The translations under genes and the position numbers were made by a program. A DNA stretch of 40,089 nt, taken from positions 1 to 40,089 of the forward strand of contig JAYEMF010000085.1 of the NCBI GenBank assembly GCA_034717975.1, given 5' to 3'. The notes under the pieces were generated by a model. The model worked only from the letters and a program-made list of their open reading frames with translations, searched no databases and was not told the origin of the DNA. The stretch comes from Campylobacterota bacterium (GTDB taxonomy: Bacteria > Campylobacterota > Campylobacteria > Campylobacterales > Sulfurimonadaceae). This document shows positions 19,132-38,502 of this stretch, one piece after another (the stretch's first letter is position 1; each line of letters begins with the position of its first letter).

Positions 19132-19269
19132 TTAGAATCCATCGTTAATCATATCCTGGGAGCTGAAGTACAATTACCTATACTTCTTCTTATAATTATC
19201 TAATACCCTACTGATATTACTATATTAAAAAACTATGCAATTATTGCTTTGCGTTACGCTTGCATTTTT

Positions 19270-19344
<75 letters not shown>

Positions 19345-19409
19345 TAATGAAGCAAAAAAATCAGTTTTTTTAAAAGCTGAAAATCATAAGCAATAATTGA
19401 ATAGTTTTC

Positions 19410-19418
19410 TGGTATAAT
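19410..19418 (+). promoter_or_regulatory. Putative internal extended -10 promoter for tuf
   Basis: TGgTATAAT about 35 bp upstream of the tuf ATG. Confidence 0.55.
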
Positions 19419-19453
19419 TCCATTTCTATTTACTAATACAGTCGGAGGACACT

Positions 19454-20653
19454 ATGGCAAAAGAAAAGTTTGAACGTAATAAACCACACGTTAACATTGG
19501 TACTATCGGTCACGTTGACCACGGTAAAACTACACTGACAGCTGCGATCACAGCAGTATTGGCAGTAACAAATAATGCAGAATTGATGGATTATGATGCA
19601 ATCGATAACGCTCCTGAAGAGCGCGAGCGTGGTATTACAATCGCAACTTCACACGTAGAATATGAGACGGATAACCGTCACTATGCACACGTTGACTGTC
19701 CAGGTCACGCCGACTACGTTAAAAATATGATTACCGGTGCTGCTCAAATGGACGGTGCGATTCTTGTTGTATCTGCAGCGGATGGCCCAATGCCACAAAC
19801 ACGTGAGCACATTCTTCTTTCAAAACAAGTAGGTGTACCATACATCGTTGTTTTCATGAACAAAGAAGATATGGTTGATGATGAAGAGCTTCTTGAGCTG
19901 GTAGAGATGGAAATCCGTGAACTGCTTGATCAGTACGAGTTCCCGGGTGACGATACTCCAATCGTAGCCGGTTCTGCATTGAAAGCACTTGAAGAAGCTA
20001 AAACTGGTACTCTTGGTGAGTGGTCAGATAAGATTCTTAAACTTATGGCTGAAGTAGATGCTTACATCCCTGAGCCAGAGCGTGAAACAGACAAAGAGTT
20101 CCTAATGCCGGTTGAGGATGTATTCTCAATCTCTGGTCGTGGTACAGTTGTTACCGGTCGTATCGAGCGTGGTCAGACTTGTGTTGGTGAAACAATCGAA
20201 ATCGTTGGGATCAAAGACACTCAGACAACTACAGTTACTGGTGTTGAGATGTTCCGTAAAGAGATGGATTGTGGTGTTGCAGGTGATAACTGTGGTGTTC
20301 TTCTTCGTGGTATCGATAAAGAGGCAGTTGAGCGTGGTCAGGTTCTTTGTAAGCCAGGCTCAATCACTCCGCACACTAAATTCAAAGCGGAAGTCTATAT
20401 CCTCTCTAAAGAGGAAGGTGGTCGCCATACACCATTCTTTGATGGTTACCGTCCACAATTCTACGTTCGTACAACAGACGTAACTGGAGCGATCACTCTA
20501 CCAGAAGGTACTGAGATGGTTATGCCAGGTGATAACGTTTCTATTACAGCTGAACTGATTGCACCAATTGCAATGGAAAAAGAGACACGCTTCGCGATTC
20601 GTGAAGGTGGCCGTACCGTTGGTGCGGGCGTTGTTTCTGAAATTATTGCGTAA
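19454..20653 (+). CDS. tuf: Elongation factor Tu
   Basis: [18 protein letters not shown] motifs; full length. Confidence 0.99.
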   Translation: MAKEKFERNKPHVNIGTIGHVDHGKTTLTAAITAVLAVTNNAELMDYDAIDNAPEERERGITIATSHVEYETDNRHYAHVDCPGHADYVKNMITGAAQMDGAILVVSAADGPMPQTREHILLSKQVGVPYIVVFMNKEDMVDDEELLELVEMEIRELLDQYEFPGDDTPIVAGSALKALEEAKTGTLGEWSDKILKLMAEVDAYIPEPERETDKEFLMPVEDVFSISGRGTVVTGRIERGQTCVGETIEIVGIKDTQTTTVTGVEMFRKEMDCGVAGDNCGVLLRGIDKEAVERGQVLCKPGSITPHTKFKAEVYILSKEEGGRHTPFFDGYRPQFYVRTTDVTGAITLPEGTEMVMPGDNVSITAELIAPIAMEKETRFAIREGGRTVGAGVVSEIIA

Positions 20654-20688
20654 TCGGTTTTTCCGATTCGCAAACTTAGGTAAATACT

Positions 20689-20841
20689 ATGAGAGAAAAT
20701 ATTCACTTAGGGTGTGAAAAGTGTACACGTCGTAACTATCACACCTCTAAAAACAAAAAAACGCATACTGAAAAATTTTCAGTTCGCAAATACTGCAAAT
20801 GGTGCCGTGAGCACACAATGCATAAAGAGATGAAACTGTAG
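20689..20841 (+). CDS. rpmG: 50S ribosomal protein L33 (Zn-ribbon type)
   Basis: Not in the ORF track. Manual translation gives MRENIHLGCEKCTRRNYHTSKNKKTHTEKFSVRKYCKWCREHTMHKEMKL*. Confidence 0.95.
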   Translation: MRENIHLGCEKCTRRNYHTSKNKKTHTEKFSVRKYCKWCREHTMHKEMKL

Positions 20842-20874
20842 TTTCTTCTCCGGCTTGCCTTGGCAAGTCTCTTT

Positions 20875-20950
20875 AGGCGAGTAGCTCCAATGGTAGAGCG
20901 CCGGATTCCAAATCCGATGGCTGGGGGTTCGAGTCCCTCCTCGCCTGCCA
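20875..20950 (+). tRNA. tRNA-Trp(CCA)
   Basis: AGGCGAG...CTCGCCT acceptor stem, loop TT-CCA-AA, CCA end; canonical position before secE. Confidence 0.95.
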
Positions 20951-21042
20951 CTATAAAATCAATACATTTTCAATCAATGCAGCTTTAGGGCTTTCTTGAC
21001 TGGAAATGGATGCACCTGTCGTGCAAATGAGGATAAACTATT

Positions 21043-21228
21043 ATGAAAAACACTCTTAGTAGCTACATTAGAAATTCGAGATCGGAACTTGCAAAAGTTA
21101 TCTTTCCGACGAAACCTCAGGTAAAGCAGGCATTTTTTGCTGTATTCCTGGTTGTGACATTTGTATCTATTTTCCTGGCACTGGTTGATCTGCTGATGTC
21201 ATCAACCCTGTCTGTAATTTTAGGTTAG
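21043..21228 (+). CDS. secE: Preprotein translocase subunit SecE
   Basis: ELAKVIFPTK motif plus one TM helix; precedes nusG. Confidence 0.93.
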   Translation: MKNTLSSYIRNSRSELAKVIFPTKPQVKQAFFAVFLVVTFVSIFLALVDLLMSSTLSVILG

Positions 21229-21236
21229 GAGAACGT

Positions 21237-21767
21237 ATGGCCCATCAATGGTATTCAATTCAGACCTATGCCGGCAGTGAGCGTAGTGTCAAATCTGCGA
21301 TCGAAAACATTATTGACGAGAATAGTCTTCAGGAAGTGATTGCCGAGATTATCGTCCCGACAGAAGATGTGATCGAAGTAAAAAACGGTAAGAAAAAGAT
21401 CTCTGAGCGTTCACTCTACTCGGGTTATGTTTTTATCAATATTGACCTTAGTACGGAAGTACAGCATATGATCCAATCGATTCCTCGCGTATCAGGATTT
21501 ATTGGTGAAGCCAATCATCCGACACCGCTCAGTGAAAACGATATCAATACGATCCTTGATCGTGTTCAAAATCGCGCAGCACCTAAACCCAAGGTCTTCT
21601 TTGACGCGGGTGAAATGGTACGTATCATTGACGGTCCGTTTGCCAACTTTACCGGTACAGTAGACGAGTACGATCTTGAACACGGTACACTGAAACTCAA
21701 TGTTTCAATTTTCGGGCGTGCAACGCCGGTCGATATTGCGTATACGCAAGTCGAAAAAATAATTTAA
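21237..21767 (+). CDS. nusG: Transcription termination/antitermination factor NusG
   Basis: WYSIQT, YSGYVF, KOW motif IIDGPFANFTG, VSIFGRATPV. Confidence 0.98.
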   Translation: MAHQWYSIQTYAGSERSVKSAIENIIDENSLQEVIAEIIVPTEDVIEVKNGKKKISERSLYSGYVFINIDLSTEVQHMIQSIPRVSGFIGEANHPTPLSENDINTILDRVQNRAAPKPKVFFDAGEMVRIIDGPFANFTGTVDEYDLEHGTLKLNVSIFGRATPVDIAYTQVEKII

Positions 21768-21790
21768 TCTAACTAAAGAAGGGAAGCACA

Positions 21791-22216
21791 ATGGCAAAAA
21801 AAGTTGCTGGCTATATTAAGCTACAAATTGATGCTGGTGCAGCCAATCCGGCTCCACCAGTAGGTCCTGCGTTGGGACAACGCGGTGTAAATATTATGGA
21901 ATTCTGTAAAGCATTCAATGAAAAAACAAAACAACAGGCAGGCTTCAAACTACCGACCGTTATTACTGTATATACAGATAAAAGCTTTACATTTATTACA
22001 AAGCAACCACCGGCATCAGCACTGATCAAAAAAGCTGCTGGTATTAAAAAAGGCAGTGATAACCCGTTGAAAAATAAAATTGCCAAGTTGACTAAAGCAC
22101 AGCTTATGGAGATCGTTGATATGAAGATCGCGGATCTGAATACTGACGATAAAGAGATGGCAGCCAATATCGTTGCCGGTTCTGCCCGCTCAATGGGTGT
22201 CGAGATCGTAGATTAA
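21791..22216 (+). CDS. rplK: 50S ribosomal protein L11
   Basis: [26 protein letters not shown] motif. Confidence 0.99.
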   Translation: MAKKVAGYIKLQIDAGAANPAPPVGPALGQRGVNIMEFCKAFNEKTKQQAGFKLPTVITVYTDKSFTFITKQPPASALIKKAAGIKKGSDNPLKNKIAKLTKAQLMEIVDMKIADLNTDDKEMAANIVAGSARSMGVEIVD

Positions 22217-22291
22217 TATCTACAATATAAATTTAAACTTCGACCGCAAAGTTTTTAAATAACTGCGGCAGATTTAACAGGAGAAATCAAA

Positions 22292-22987
22292 ATGGCAAGT
22301 AAACGCTATACACAACTTAGTGAAAAAATTGATAATACAAAGAATTATACTGTTGCTGAAGCCTCTGTAATGATGAAAGAGCTTAAATCAGCAAAATTTG
22401 ATGAGACAATTGAGATCGCAATGAACTTGAATGTTGACCCACGTCACGCTGAGCAAATGGTTCGTGGTGCTGTCGTGCTTCCACACGGTACAGGTAAAAC
22501 TGTTCGTGTTGCGGTATTCGCAAAAGGCGCTAAAGCTGATGAAGCTAAAGCTGCCGGTGCCGATATCGTAGGTACTGACGAACTGGTTGAGATGATCCAA
22601 GCGGGTAACATTGACTTTGATGTTGTTGTTGCAGCACCAGACTGTATGGGTGTTGTCGGTAAGATCGGTCGTATCCTTGGGCCAAAAGGTCTGATGCCAA
22701 ACCCTAAGACTGGTACAGTTACTCCAGATGTAGCTACCGCTGTTAACAATGTTAAAGGCGGTCAGGTCGCTTTCCGTGTTGATAAAAAAGGAAACATCCA
22801 TGCCGGTATCGGTAAAGTAAGTTTCGACAGTGCTCAAATTGCTGAAAATATTACATCTTTTATTGCCGCTATCAACAAACAAAAACCGGCTTCTGCAAAG
22901 GGTCGTTATATTAAAAATGCAGCGCTTTCATTAACAATGAGTCCAGCTGTAAAATTTGACCTTAGCGAAATCGCTGACATCAAATAA
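22292..22987 (+). CDS. rplA: 50S ribosomal protein L1
   Basis: AKFDET, LPHGTGK and [13 protein letters not shown] motifs. Confidence 0.99.
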   Translation: MASKRYTQLSEKIDNTKNYTVAEASVMMKELKSAKFDETIEIAMNLNVDPRHAEQMVRGAVVLPHGTGKTVRVAVFAKGAKADEAKAAGADIVGTDELVEMIQAGNIDFDVVVAAPDCMGVVGKIGRILGPKGLMPNPKTGTVTPDVATAVNNVKGGQVAFRVDKKGNIHAGIGKVSFDSAQIAENITSFIAAINKQKPASAKGRYIKNAALSLTMSPAVKFDLSEIADIK

Positions 22988-22991
22988 TACG

Positions 22992-23013
22992 ACGTGCTCC
23001 GGCACGTTTTATT
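22992..23013 (+). terminator. Putative terminator/attenuator after rplA
   Basis: ACGTGC-TCCG-GCACGT followed by TTTATT. Confidence 0.55.
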
Positions 23014-23082
23014 GAAAGTTTTTATTTTTTAATTACTGGATTGAAAAGTAAAGATTTTCAGCTTGAAGATCTTGAATCTATG

Positions 23083-23168
23083 GACTGAAGAAAGTTTGGG
23101 GTTCCTTATGGAGCTTAATCGGCCTTTTACTCAAGCTCAGCTTGATTATACCCGCCCTGCTTGAAGTC
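23083..23168 (+). promoter_or_regulatory. Putative L10 leader autoregulatory RNA
   Basis: Directly upstream of rplJ; GAC-TGAAGA...CTTAAT...CCTGC...AGTC resembles L10-leader elements. Not verified with a covariance model. Confidence 0.5.
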
Positions 23169-23190
23169 AATGTCTGGAAAGGAGACTTAT

Positions 23191-23673
23191 ATGACTAGAA
23201 CTCAAAAAGCAGAAATTATCAGTGTTTTAACTGACGAATTTAAAGCAGCTAACTGTGTAGTTATGTGTGACTATAAAGGTTTGGGCGTTTCAGACCTTGA
23301 AGAGCTTCGCAAGATTGCACGTGCCAAAGGGACAAAAGTACAGGTTGTGAAAAATAAACTTGCTACTGTTGCTCTTGGTAATGCAGATATGAGCGGCATC
23401 GAGATCAAAGATACAAATATCTTTATCTGGGGTGAAGATCCGGTTGCAACAGCAAAAACTGTATCTGAATTCGGAAAATCCAATGATGTTTTCGTAATCA
23501 AAAATGCATACATCGATGGTGAAGCATCAGATGCGGCTAAAGTTGAGGCGTTCTCAAAACTTCCTGGTCGCGAAGAGCTACTTGGTATGCTTGCAGCAAC
23601 ATGGATGGCACCGGTACAGAATTTCACTATCGGCCTGAATGCGCTTAAAGAGCAAAAAGAAGACGTTGCTTAA
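23191..23673 (+). CDS. rplJ: 50S ribosomal protein L10
   Basis: DYKGL, VVKNKL and LPGREEL motifs; ATG 23191 follows AAGGAG. Confidence 0.97.
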   Translation: MTRTQKAEIISVLTDEFKAANCVVMCDYKGLGVSDLEELRKIARAKGTKVQVVKNKLATVALGNADMSGIEIKDTNIFIWGEDPVATAKTVSEFGKSNDVFVIKNAYIDGEASDAAKVEAFSKLPGREELLGMLAATWMAPVQNFTIGLNALKEQKEDVA

Positions 23674-23696
23674 CTAAAAAAAGCAACTGGTTGCGC

Positions 23697-23756
23697 GGGC
23701 TTCCTGCCGAAGGAAACTCAGCGTTAGCGTAGTGATCCGGACTTTGTTCGGATTGC
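23697..23756 (+). repeat. Dispersed structured element, copy 2
   Basis: Core 23697-23732 matches 8984-9019; followed by an 11-bp hairpin at 23732-23756. Confidence 0.85.
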
Positions 23757-23813
23757 GTGCAAATTTAGATGAAGGGTTTCCTTCATTTTATGCAATAAAA
23801 TTAAGGAATTAAT

Positions 23814-24188
23814 ATGGCTGTAACTAAAGAAGACGTATTAGAGTTTATCTCTAACCTATCTGTTCTCGAGCTTTCTGAGCTTGTAAAAGAATTCGAAGAA
23901 AAATTCGGTGTATCTGCACAACCCGTAGCGGTTGCTGGTGCTGCTGGCGGTGACGCTGGTGCTGCTGCAGAAGAGAAAACTGAGTTTGATGTTATCCTGA
24001 CTGATGCCGGTGCGAAGAAAATCAACGCAATTAAAGCGGTTCGCGCATTGACAGGGCTTGGTCTTAAAGAGGCTAAAGAAGCTGTTGAAAGTGCTCCAAC
24101 TACACTTAAAGAGGGTGTTGACAAAGCGACTGCTGAAGAAGCTAAAAAAGCTCTTGAAGAAGCTGGCGCTTCTGCAGAGATCAAATAA
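23814..24188 (+). CDS. rplL: 50S ribosomal protein L7/L12
   Basis: [16 protein letters not shown] and GLGLKEAK motifs. Confidence 0.99.
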   Translation: MAVTKEDVLEFISNLSVLELSELVKEFEEKFGVSAQPVAVAGAAGGDAGAAAEEKTEFDVILTDAGAKKINAIKAVRALTGLGLKEAKEAVESAPTTLKEGVDKATAEEAKKALEEAGASAEIK

Positions 24189-24409
24189 TTTAAGATTATT
24201 TAGCACTCCCGTGAAGGCGCCTGCCTTCACAACCCAGGGCGCTTTTAGAGTGTGACATTTGTCATATTCTGAAAGTGCCCTTTGGTCGTAAACAACCACT
24301 AATATTTATTACTTGTGGCCTCTGTCTAGGGACGCCTGGACCGACTACTACATATCTTTAAACGCCCTGTTTTATTGATGTATCGCACTTATAATTTCAC
24401 CCGAGGTAG

Positions 24410-33068
<8,659 letters not shown>

Positions 33069-33084
33069 CATCTCTCCTCTCTAT

Positions 33085-33120
33085 ACCAAAGGGAGTTGGC
33101 TCTCTTTGGTTCGACTTTTC
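33085..33120 (+). terminator. Putative terminator after rpoC
   Basis: ACCAAAGGGAG-TTGG-CTCTCTTTGGT hairpin followed by T-rich sequence. Confidence 0.65.
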
Positions 33121-33172
33121 TCTTTGCAGTAGCATCTGAATTACACCTCGGTAATCTTTTTATCGATGCTAT

Positions 33173-33279
33173 TTTACTCGCTACCAAAGTGCTCCCAGCA
33201 CTTTGGCTTGACGCAGTTGTTAACTGTTGATATTACTTTACTCGCTACTCAACGTGTCCCCGACACCTTGAGTGGACGC
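33173..33279. repeat. Two direct copies of a ~42-bp hairpin element
   Basis: Copies 33173-33214 and 33237-33279: TTTACTCGCTAC + stem-CCC-stem + GACGC. Confidence 0.8.
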
Positions 33280-33394
33280 GAGATATCTTAAATAAAGCTT
33301 CATTTAAAACTTTTTTCAGTATCATTGCGCGTTTAATAGTCCCCTCTTTATAGTGGACTATCATTCTACTGGAACATGTTAAGAAAGGAATTGT

Positions 33395-33769
33395 ATGCCT
33401 ACAATCAACCAATTGATTCGTAAAGAGCGTAAAAAAGTGATTAAAAAATCAAAATCACCTGCGCTTGTAAACTGCCCGCAGCGTCGCGGCGTTTGTACTC
33501 GTGTTTACACGACTACACCAAAGAAACCAAACTCGGCACTTCGTAAAGTTGCCAAAGTCCGTTTGACTTCAGGATTTGAAGTTATTTCATATATCGGTGG
33601 TGAGGGTCACAACCTTCAAGAGCACTCTATCGTTCTTGTCCGTGGCGGTCGTATCAAAGATTTACCTGGTGTTAAGTATCACATCGTTCGTGGTGCACTA
33701 GATACTGCCGGTGTTGCAAACCGTATGGTTGCCCGTTCTAAATACGGTACTAAAAAACCTAAAAAATAA
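33395..33769 (+). CDS. rpsL: 30S ribosomal protein S12
   Basis: [18 protein letters not shown] and [10 protein letters not shown] motifs. Confidence 0.99.
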   Translation: MPTINQLIRKERKKVIKKSKSPALVNCPQRRGVCTRVYTTTPKKPNSALRKVAKVRLTSGFEVISYIGGEGHNLQEHSIVLVRGGRIKDLPGVKYHIVRGALDTAGVANRMVARSKYGTKKPKK

Positions 33770-33805
33770 GAATGTGCTCAAGACAGAAGCTGCAAAAGCT
33801 TTTGA

Positions 33806-34306
<501 letters not shown>

Positions 34307-34432
34307 TCACAAGATAGCTTTTCTGAAGTACCTTCTGGGTACTTCATTTTCGACCTCTTTCCTGTTTTTATAAACTGTAGAAAAAGTAAAGAGGTTTAAC
34401 ACTCAAACTCAATTATCTCAAGGTAATAAAAA

Positions 34433-36523
34433 ATGGCAAGAACTCATAAACTAGAAGATGTAAGAAATATTGGTATTGCTGCGCACATCGATGCCGGTAA
34501 GACAACGACAACAGAGCGTATCCTGTTCTATACAGGTGTTGAACACAAGATCGGTGAAGTTCACGACGGTGCAGCGACAATGGACTGGATGGAACAAGAG
34601 CAAGAGCGTGGTATTACGATTACTTCTGCTGCAACAACCTGTGAATGGGAAGGCAAGCAGATCAATATCATTGACACTCCGGGCCACGTTGACTTCACGA
34701 TCGAAGTTGAGCGTTCTATGCGTGTACTTGATGGTGCTGTATCGGTTTTCTGTGCGGTTGGTGGTGTTCAGCCTCAGTCTGAGACAGTATGGCGTCAGCG
34801 TAACCGTTATGGCGTGCCATCAATTGTTTTCGTTAACAAGATGGACCGTACCGGTGCGGACTTCTATGAAGTTGAAACACAGATCCGTGAGCGCCTTAAA
34901 GGCAATCCTGTGCCTATTCAGCTTCCAATTGGTGCAGAAGAGGGTTTTCAGGGGGTTATTGACCTTGTAAAAATGAAAGCGATCGTCTGGGATCAAGATG
35001 CTGCCATGGGTTCTAACTACCATGTAGAAGATATCCCGGCTGACCTTCAAGAGAAAGCAGATGAGTATCGTGAAAACATGATCGAGAAGATATCTGAAGC
35101 TGACTGTAATGAAGCACTTATGGAAAAATTTCTCGAAGGTGAAGAGTTCAGTGAAGAGGAGATCGTTAAAGGTATTAAAGATGCGACTATCAGTATGCAT
35201 ATCGTTCCGATGACTGCCGGGACTGCCTTTAAAAACAAAGGTGTTCAGACTCTGCTTGACGCGGTTGTTGCTTATATGCCAGCTCCGACAGAAGTACCAC
35301 AGATTACTGGTACGATGATGGAAAACGAAGAGGAAGAGGTGACTGTCCAATCAACTGACAATGGGCCATTCGCTTCATTGGCATTCAAAATTATGACTGA
35401 TCCGTTTGTCGGACAGTTGACATTTATCCGTGTCTATCGCGGTAGTCTTGAGTCTGGTTCTTATGTTCACAACTCAACAAAAGACAAGAAAGAGCGTATC
35501 GGCCGTATCATGAAGATGCACGCCATCAAACGTGAAGAGGTCAAAGAGATCTACGCCGGCGAGATCGGTGCGGTTGTTGGTCTTAAATCAACAACTACGG
35601 GCGATACACTCTGTTCAGCTGATGACTTGGTTGTACTTGAGCGTATGGATTTCCCGGATCCGGTTATCTCTGTTGCGGTTGAGCCGAAAACAAAAGCTGA
35701 CCAGGAAAAAATGGGTATTGCACTGGGTAAACTGGCTGCTGAAGATCCATCTTTCCGTGTTCATACTGACGAAGAGACTGGCCAGACGATTATCTCGGGT
35801 ATGGGTGAACTTCACCTTGAGATCCTTGTTGACCGTATGAAACGTGAGTTCAAAGTAGAAGCTGAAGTCGGTGCACCTCAGGTCTCTTACCGTGAAACAA
35901 TCAAGAAAGAAGTTGAGCAAGAGTACAAATATGCGAAACAGTCTGGTGGTCGTGGTCAATTCGGTCACGTTTACCTTCGTATCAAGCCGGGCGAAGCGGC
36001 TACCGGTTATGTATTCCACAATAAAATCAAAGGTGGGGTAATTCCAAAAGAGTTTATCCCTGCAGTTGAAAAAGGGTGTGGTGAAGCGATGCAAAATGGT
36101 GTACTCGCTGGTTACCCTATCGAAGATGTCGATGTCACACTTTATGATGGTTCATTCCACGATGTTGACTCGAATGAGATGGCCTTTAAACTTGCTGCAT
36201 CAATGGGCTTCAAAGCGGGCTGTAGAAGTGCAGATCCTGCAATCCTTGAGCCAATGATGAAAGTTGAAGTAGAAGTTCCTGAGGATTACATGGGTGACGT
36301 TGTCGGTGACCTTAACCGTCGTCGTGGTCAGGTCAACAATATGGGTGACCGTTCTGGTAACAAGATCGTTGACGCATTCGTACCACTTTCTGAGATGTTC
36401 GGTTACTCTACCGACCTTCGTTCTGCAACTCAGGGTCGTGCGACATACTCTATGGAATTCGATCACTATGCAGAGGTTCCACGTAACGTTGCTGAAGAGA
36501 TCATCAAGAAACGCAACGGTTAA
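34433..36523 (+). CDS. fusA: Elongation factor G
   Basis: [18 protein letters not shown] and GMGELHL motifs. Confidence 0.99.
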   Translation: MARTHKLEDVRNIGIAAHIDAGKTTTTERILFYTGVEHKIGEVHDGAATMDWMEQEQERGITITSAATTCEWEGKQINIIDTPGHVDFTIEVERSMRVLDGAVSVFCAVGGVQPQSETVWRQRNRYGVPSIVFVNKMDRTGADFYEVETQIRERLKGNPVPIQLPIGAEEGFQGVIDLVKMKAIVWDQDAAMGSNYHVEDIPADLQEKADEYRENMIEKISEADCNEALMEKFLEGEEFSEEEIVKGIKDATISMHIVPMTAGTAFKNKGVQTLLDAVVAYMPAPTEVPQITGTMMENEEEEVTVQSTDNGPFASLAFKIMTDPFVGQLTFIRVYRGSLESGSYVHNSTKDKKERIGRIMKMHAIKREEVKEIYAGEIGAVVGLKSTTTGDTLCSADDLVVLERMDFPDPVISVAVEPKTKADQEKMGIALGKLAAEDPSFRVHTDEETGQTIISGMGELHLEILVDRMKREFKVEAEVGAPQVSYRETIKKEVEQEYKYAKQSGGRGQFGHVYLRIKPGEAATGYVFHNKIKGGVIPKEFIPAVEKGCGEAMQNGVLAGYPIEDVDVTLYDGSFHDVDSNEMAFKLAASMGFKAGCRSADPAILEPMMKVEVEVPEDYMGDVVGDLNRRRGQVNNMGDRSGNKIVDAFVPLSEMFGYSTDLRSATQGRATYSMEFDHYAEVPRNVAEEIIKKRNG

Positions 36524-36541
36524 TCTTTTATACTTTTTAAT

Positions 36542-36562
36542 GAGTCGGATCTTTTCCGGCTC
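36542..36562 (+). terminator. Putative terminator hairpin after fusA
   Basis: GAGTCGGA-TCTTT-TCCGGCTC; the U tract is weak. Confidence 0.5.
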
Positions 36563-36657
36563 GCCCCTCTCTATTTAATTTCTTCCTTTTTAACACCAAG
36601 CATATCTTAGTTACTTTGTAGTAAAATTGTCACTATTAACATAATAAGTGAGAAACT

Positions 36658-37329
36658 ATGAAAAAACTCCTCTCTGTTTTATTTCTAGTGGGCGTGACAC
36701 TTTACGCTCAAAACCCGAAAGTCTATGCCGGACTAGGTGATGTTATCTATGGCGATATGGTCAAGATCTCGAATTTAGCCGATACAAAACTGATGAGCAG
36801 TCACCAGGAAAATATTGACAAATACCTCCGTAAGTGTTTGAACCTTCACAAAAAAGGGCTGATTATAGACCGTGACGGCGGAGATGAAAAGGCATACCTG
36901 AATGAGTTGCGAACATTGGCGAAAGAGTATGACTTTTTTGTCCGAACGGCACAAAGGTCACTTCATCAGGCAATGTCAAACAATGATTATGATGCTTTCA
37001 GTCAATTTATCAAAAGCGGTTTGATAGATATTGAAAAAGATGATGAGCAGATCATTGGGTTTTATGAACTGCATCGTTCAGAGACAAATGTTATCCCTGA
37101 AGTAGAAAGCTATATTGAGTATAGAGACGAACTTAAAAAGCAGGAAGCTGAAGCCTTGGCGGCACGCCGTGCACTTTACCTGAAATATAAGCAGCGGCGT
37201 ATTGATCAGATCAATCGACGTCAGTCAAATAAAAAGGCAGCTTTTGCACAAGAGGTCGAAGATGAACGTGTTCGCACGAAAGAAGAGGTCTACAAAGAAC
37301 AGAAGCAGGAACTGCAGTTCAGACGCTAA
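36658..37329 (+). CDS. Hypothetical secreted protein with C-terminal coiled coil
   Basis: Signal peptide MKKLLSVLFLVGVTLYA and a charged helical C-terminus. Confidence 0.75.
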   Translation: MKKLLSVLFLVGVTLYAQNPKVYAGLGDVIYGDMVKISNLADTKLMSSHQENIDKYLRKCLNLHKKGLIIDRDGGDEKAYLNELRTLAKEYDFFVRTAQRSLHQAMSNNDYDAFSQFIKSGLIDIEKDDEQIIGFYELHRSETNVIPEVESYIEYRDELKKQEAEALAARRALYLKYKQRRIDQINRRQSNKKAAFAQEVEDERVRTKEEVYKEQKQELQFRR

Positions 37330-38042
37330 ACCCATCGGGGAGTATCCTCCTCCTCGGGACGAGCTTCCAGCATTAATGAGGGTGTGTACTCCTTTTTATA
37401 GGCAAGGCTCTGACACGATTCGACATAATAGCCCAGGTAGATCCAGGAGAGATTTTTGTTTTTGGCCTGAATGATCTGCCGGTAAAGTGAATATTTTCCC
37501 AAAGAGTAGCCGGCATAGTCCGGGTCATAATAAAAATAGATGGATGAGATCCCATCAGGTAAGAGATCAATCAGATCTACCGCGATCAGTTTATCGCCAT
37601 CAAAATAGAGCACTTCATACCCAAAATCATTATAGCCATGCACAAATGACATGTAATAATTTTTGGCGTTGATCGGCTGATTTTCCCAGCCGCGTTTGAT
37701 ACGCATATAGTCATGATATTTGGTGAAGAGTTCCAGGTGCGCTTTGCTCATTGTCGGCTGTTGCATGAGCGTATGGAAATGGGCATTACGCCGTAAAATA
37801 CGTTTGGCTGATTTTGAGAACGTGTAGTTTTTGACATCGATCTTAAGGCTTTCACATGCAGTGCACTCAAGACATACCGGCCTGAAAAACATATTGCCAA
37901 AACGTCGCCAACCCCGCTCTATCAGTGCTTCACACTGCTGCGTTGAGCACGCTTGTATTATTTTATAGTGCGTAGTCTGTTTATTGCCATCGATATAGGA
38001 GCAAGACTCGTGTAACGCACACTCTTTCAGGATCTGATTCAT
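37326..38042 (-). CDS. Arginyltransferase-like Bpt (aspartate/glutamate leucyltransferase) family protein
   Basis: CSY, GWRRFG...FRPVC..C.AC, SIYFYYDPD, SLG and YLGYY motifs. Confidence 0.9.
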   Translation of the reverse strand: MNQILKECALHESCSYIDGNKQTTHYKIIQACSTQQCEALIERGWRRFGNMFFRPVCLECTACESLKIDVKNYTFSKSAKRILRRNAHFHTLMQQPTMSKAHLELFTKYHDYMRIKRGWENQPINAKNYYMSFVHGYNDFGYEVLYFDGDKLIAVDLIDLLPDGISSIYFYYDPDYAGYSLGKYSLYRQIIQAKNKNLSWIYLGYYVESCQSLAYKKEYTPSLMLEARPEEEDTPRWV

Positions 38043-38175
38043 AGTCGAATTCTATAGTATCCGGTGTTAATAGGCTATAAAGAGTTTTTTTTGCTATCAT
38101 AATGTAAAATTTTTCCAGCGTAGTCAAAGGTATTGCTTCCTTTGATGTTTAAGATAATAAAATCAAAGGGATGGG

Positions 38176-38502
38176 ATGCAACGGGTAAATTTGCTCGAAG
38201 AGCTTATCTATAGTGACGAATGTATTAGCATCAATGAACTGATGCAGACACCCTGTTCAAAAGAGATTCGTATCGTTATGCAGACCAATCAGGTAATGCG
38301 TGATCATGCCAGTGAATACCCGATTACAATGGGCGTATTGGAAGGCAGAGTGAAACTGACTATTGCAGATGAAGAGCATTTTATCAAACGTGGAGAGTTG
38401 ATTGCACTCGAAGCCGATACCGTGCATCATCTTGAAGCAGTGGAAAACAGCGTACTGCATCTAACCCTTTTTACTGCTACGGAAGAGCATACAGATGGGT
38501 GA
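38176..38502 (+). CDS. Cupin domain protein
   Basis: M.DH...VLEG.V...GE.I.L....H.L.A pattern. Confidence 0.8.
   Translation: MQRVNLLEELIYSDECISINELMQTPCSKEIRIVMQTNQVMRDHASEYPITMGVLEGRVKLTIADEEHFIKRGELIALEADTVHHLEAVENSVLHLTLFTATEEHTDG

Noticed and set aside
36524..36657. Missing tuf after fusA
   Set aside because: Expected for Campylobacterota; tuf lies in the tRNA cluster at 19454.
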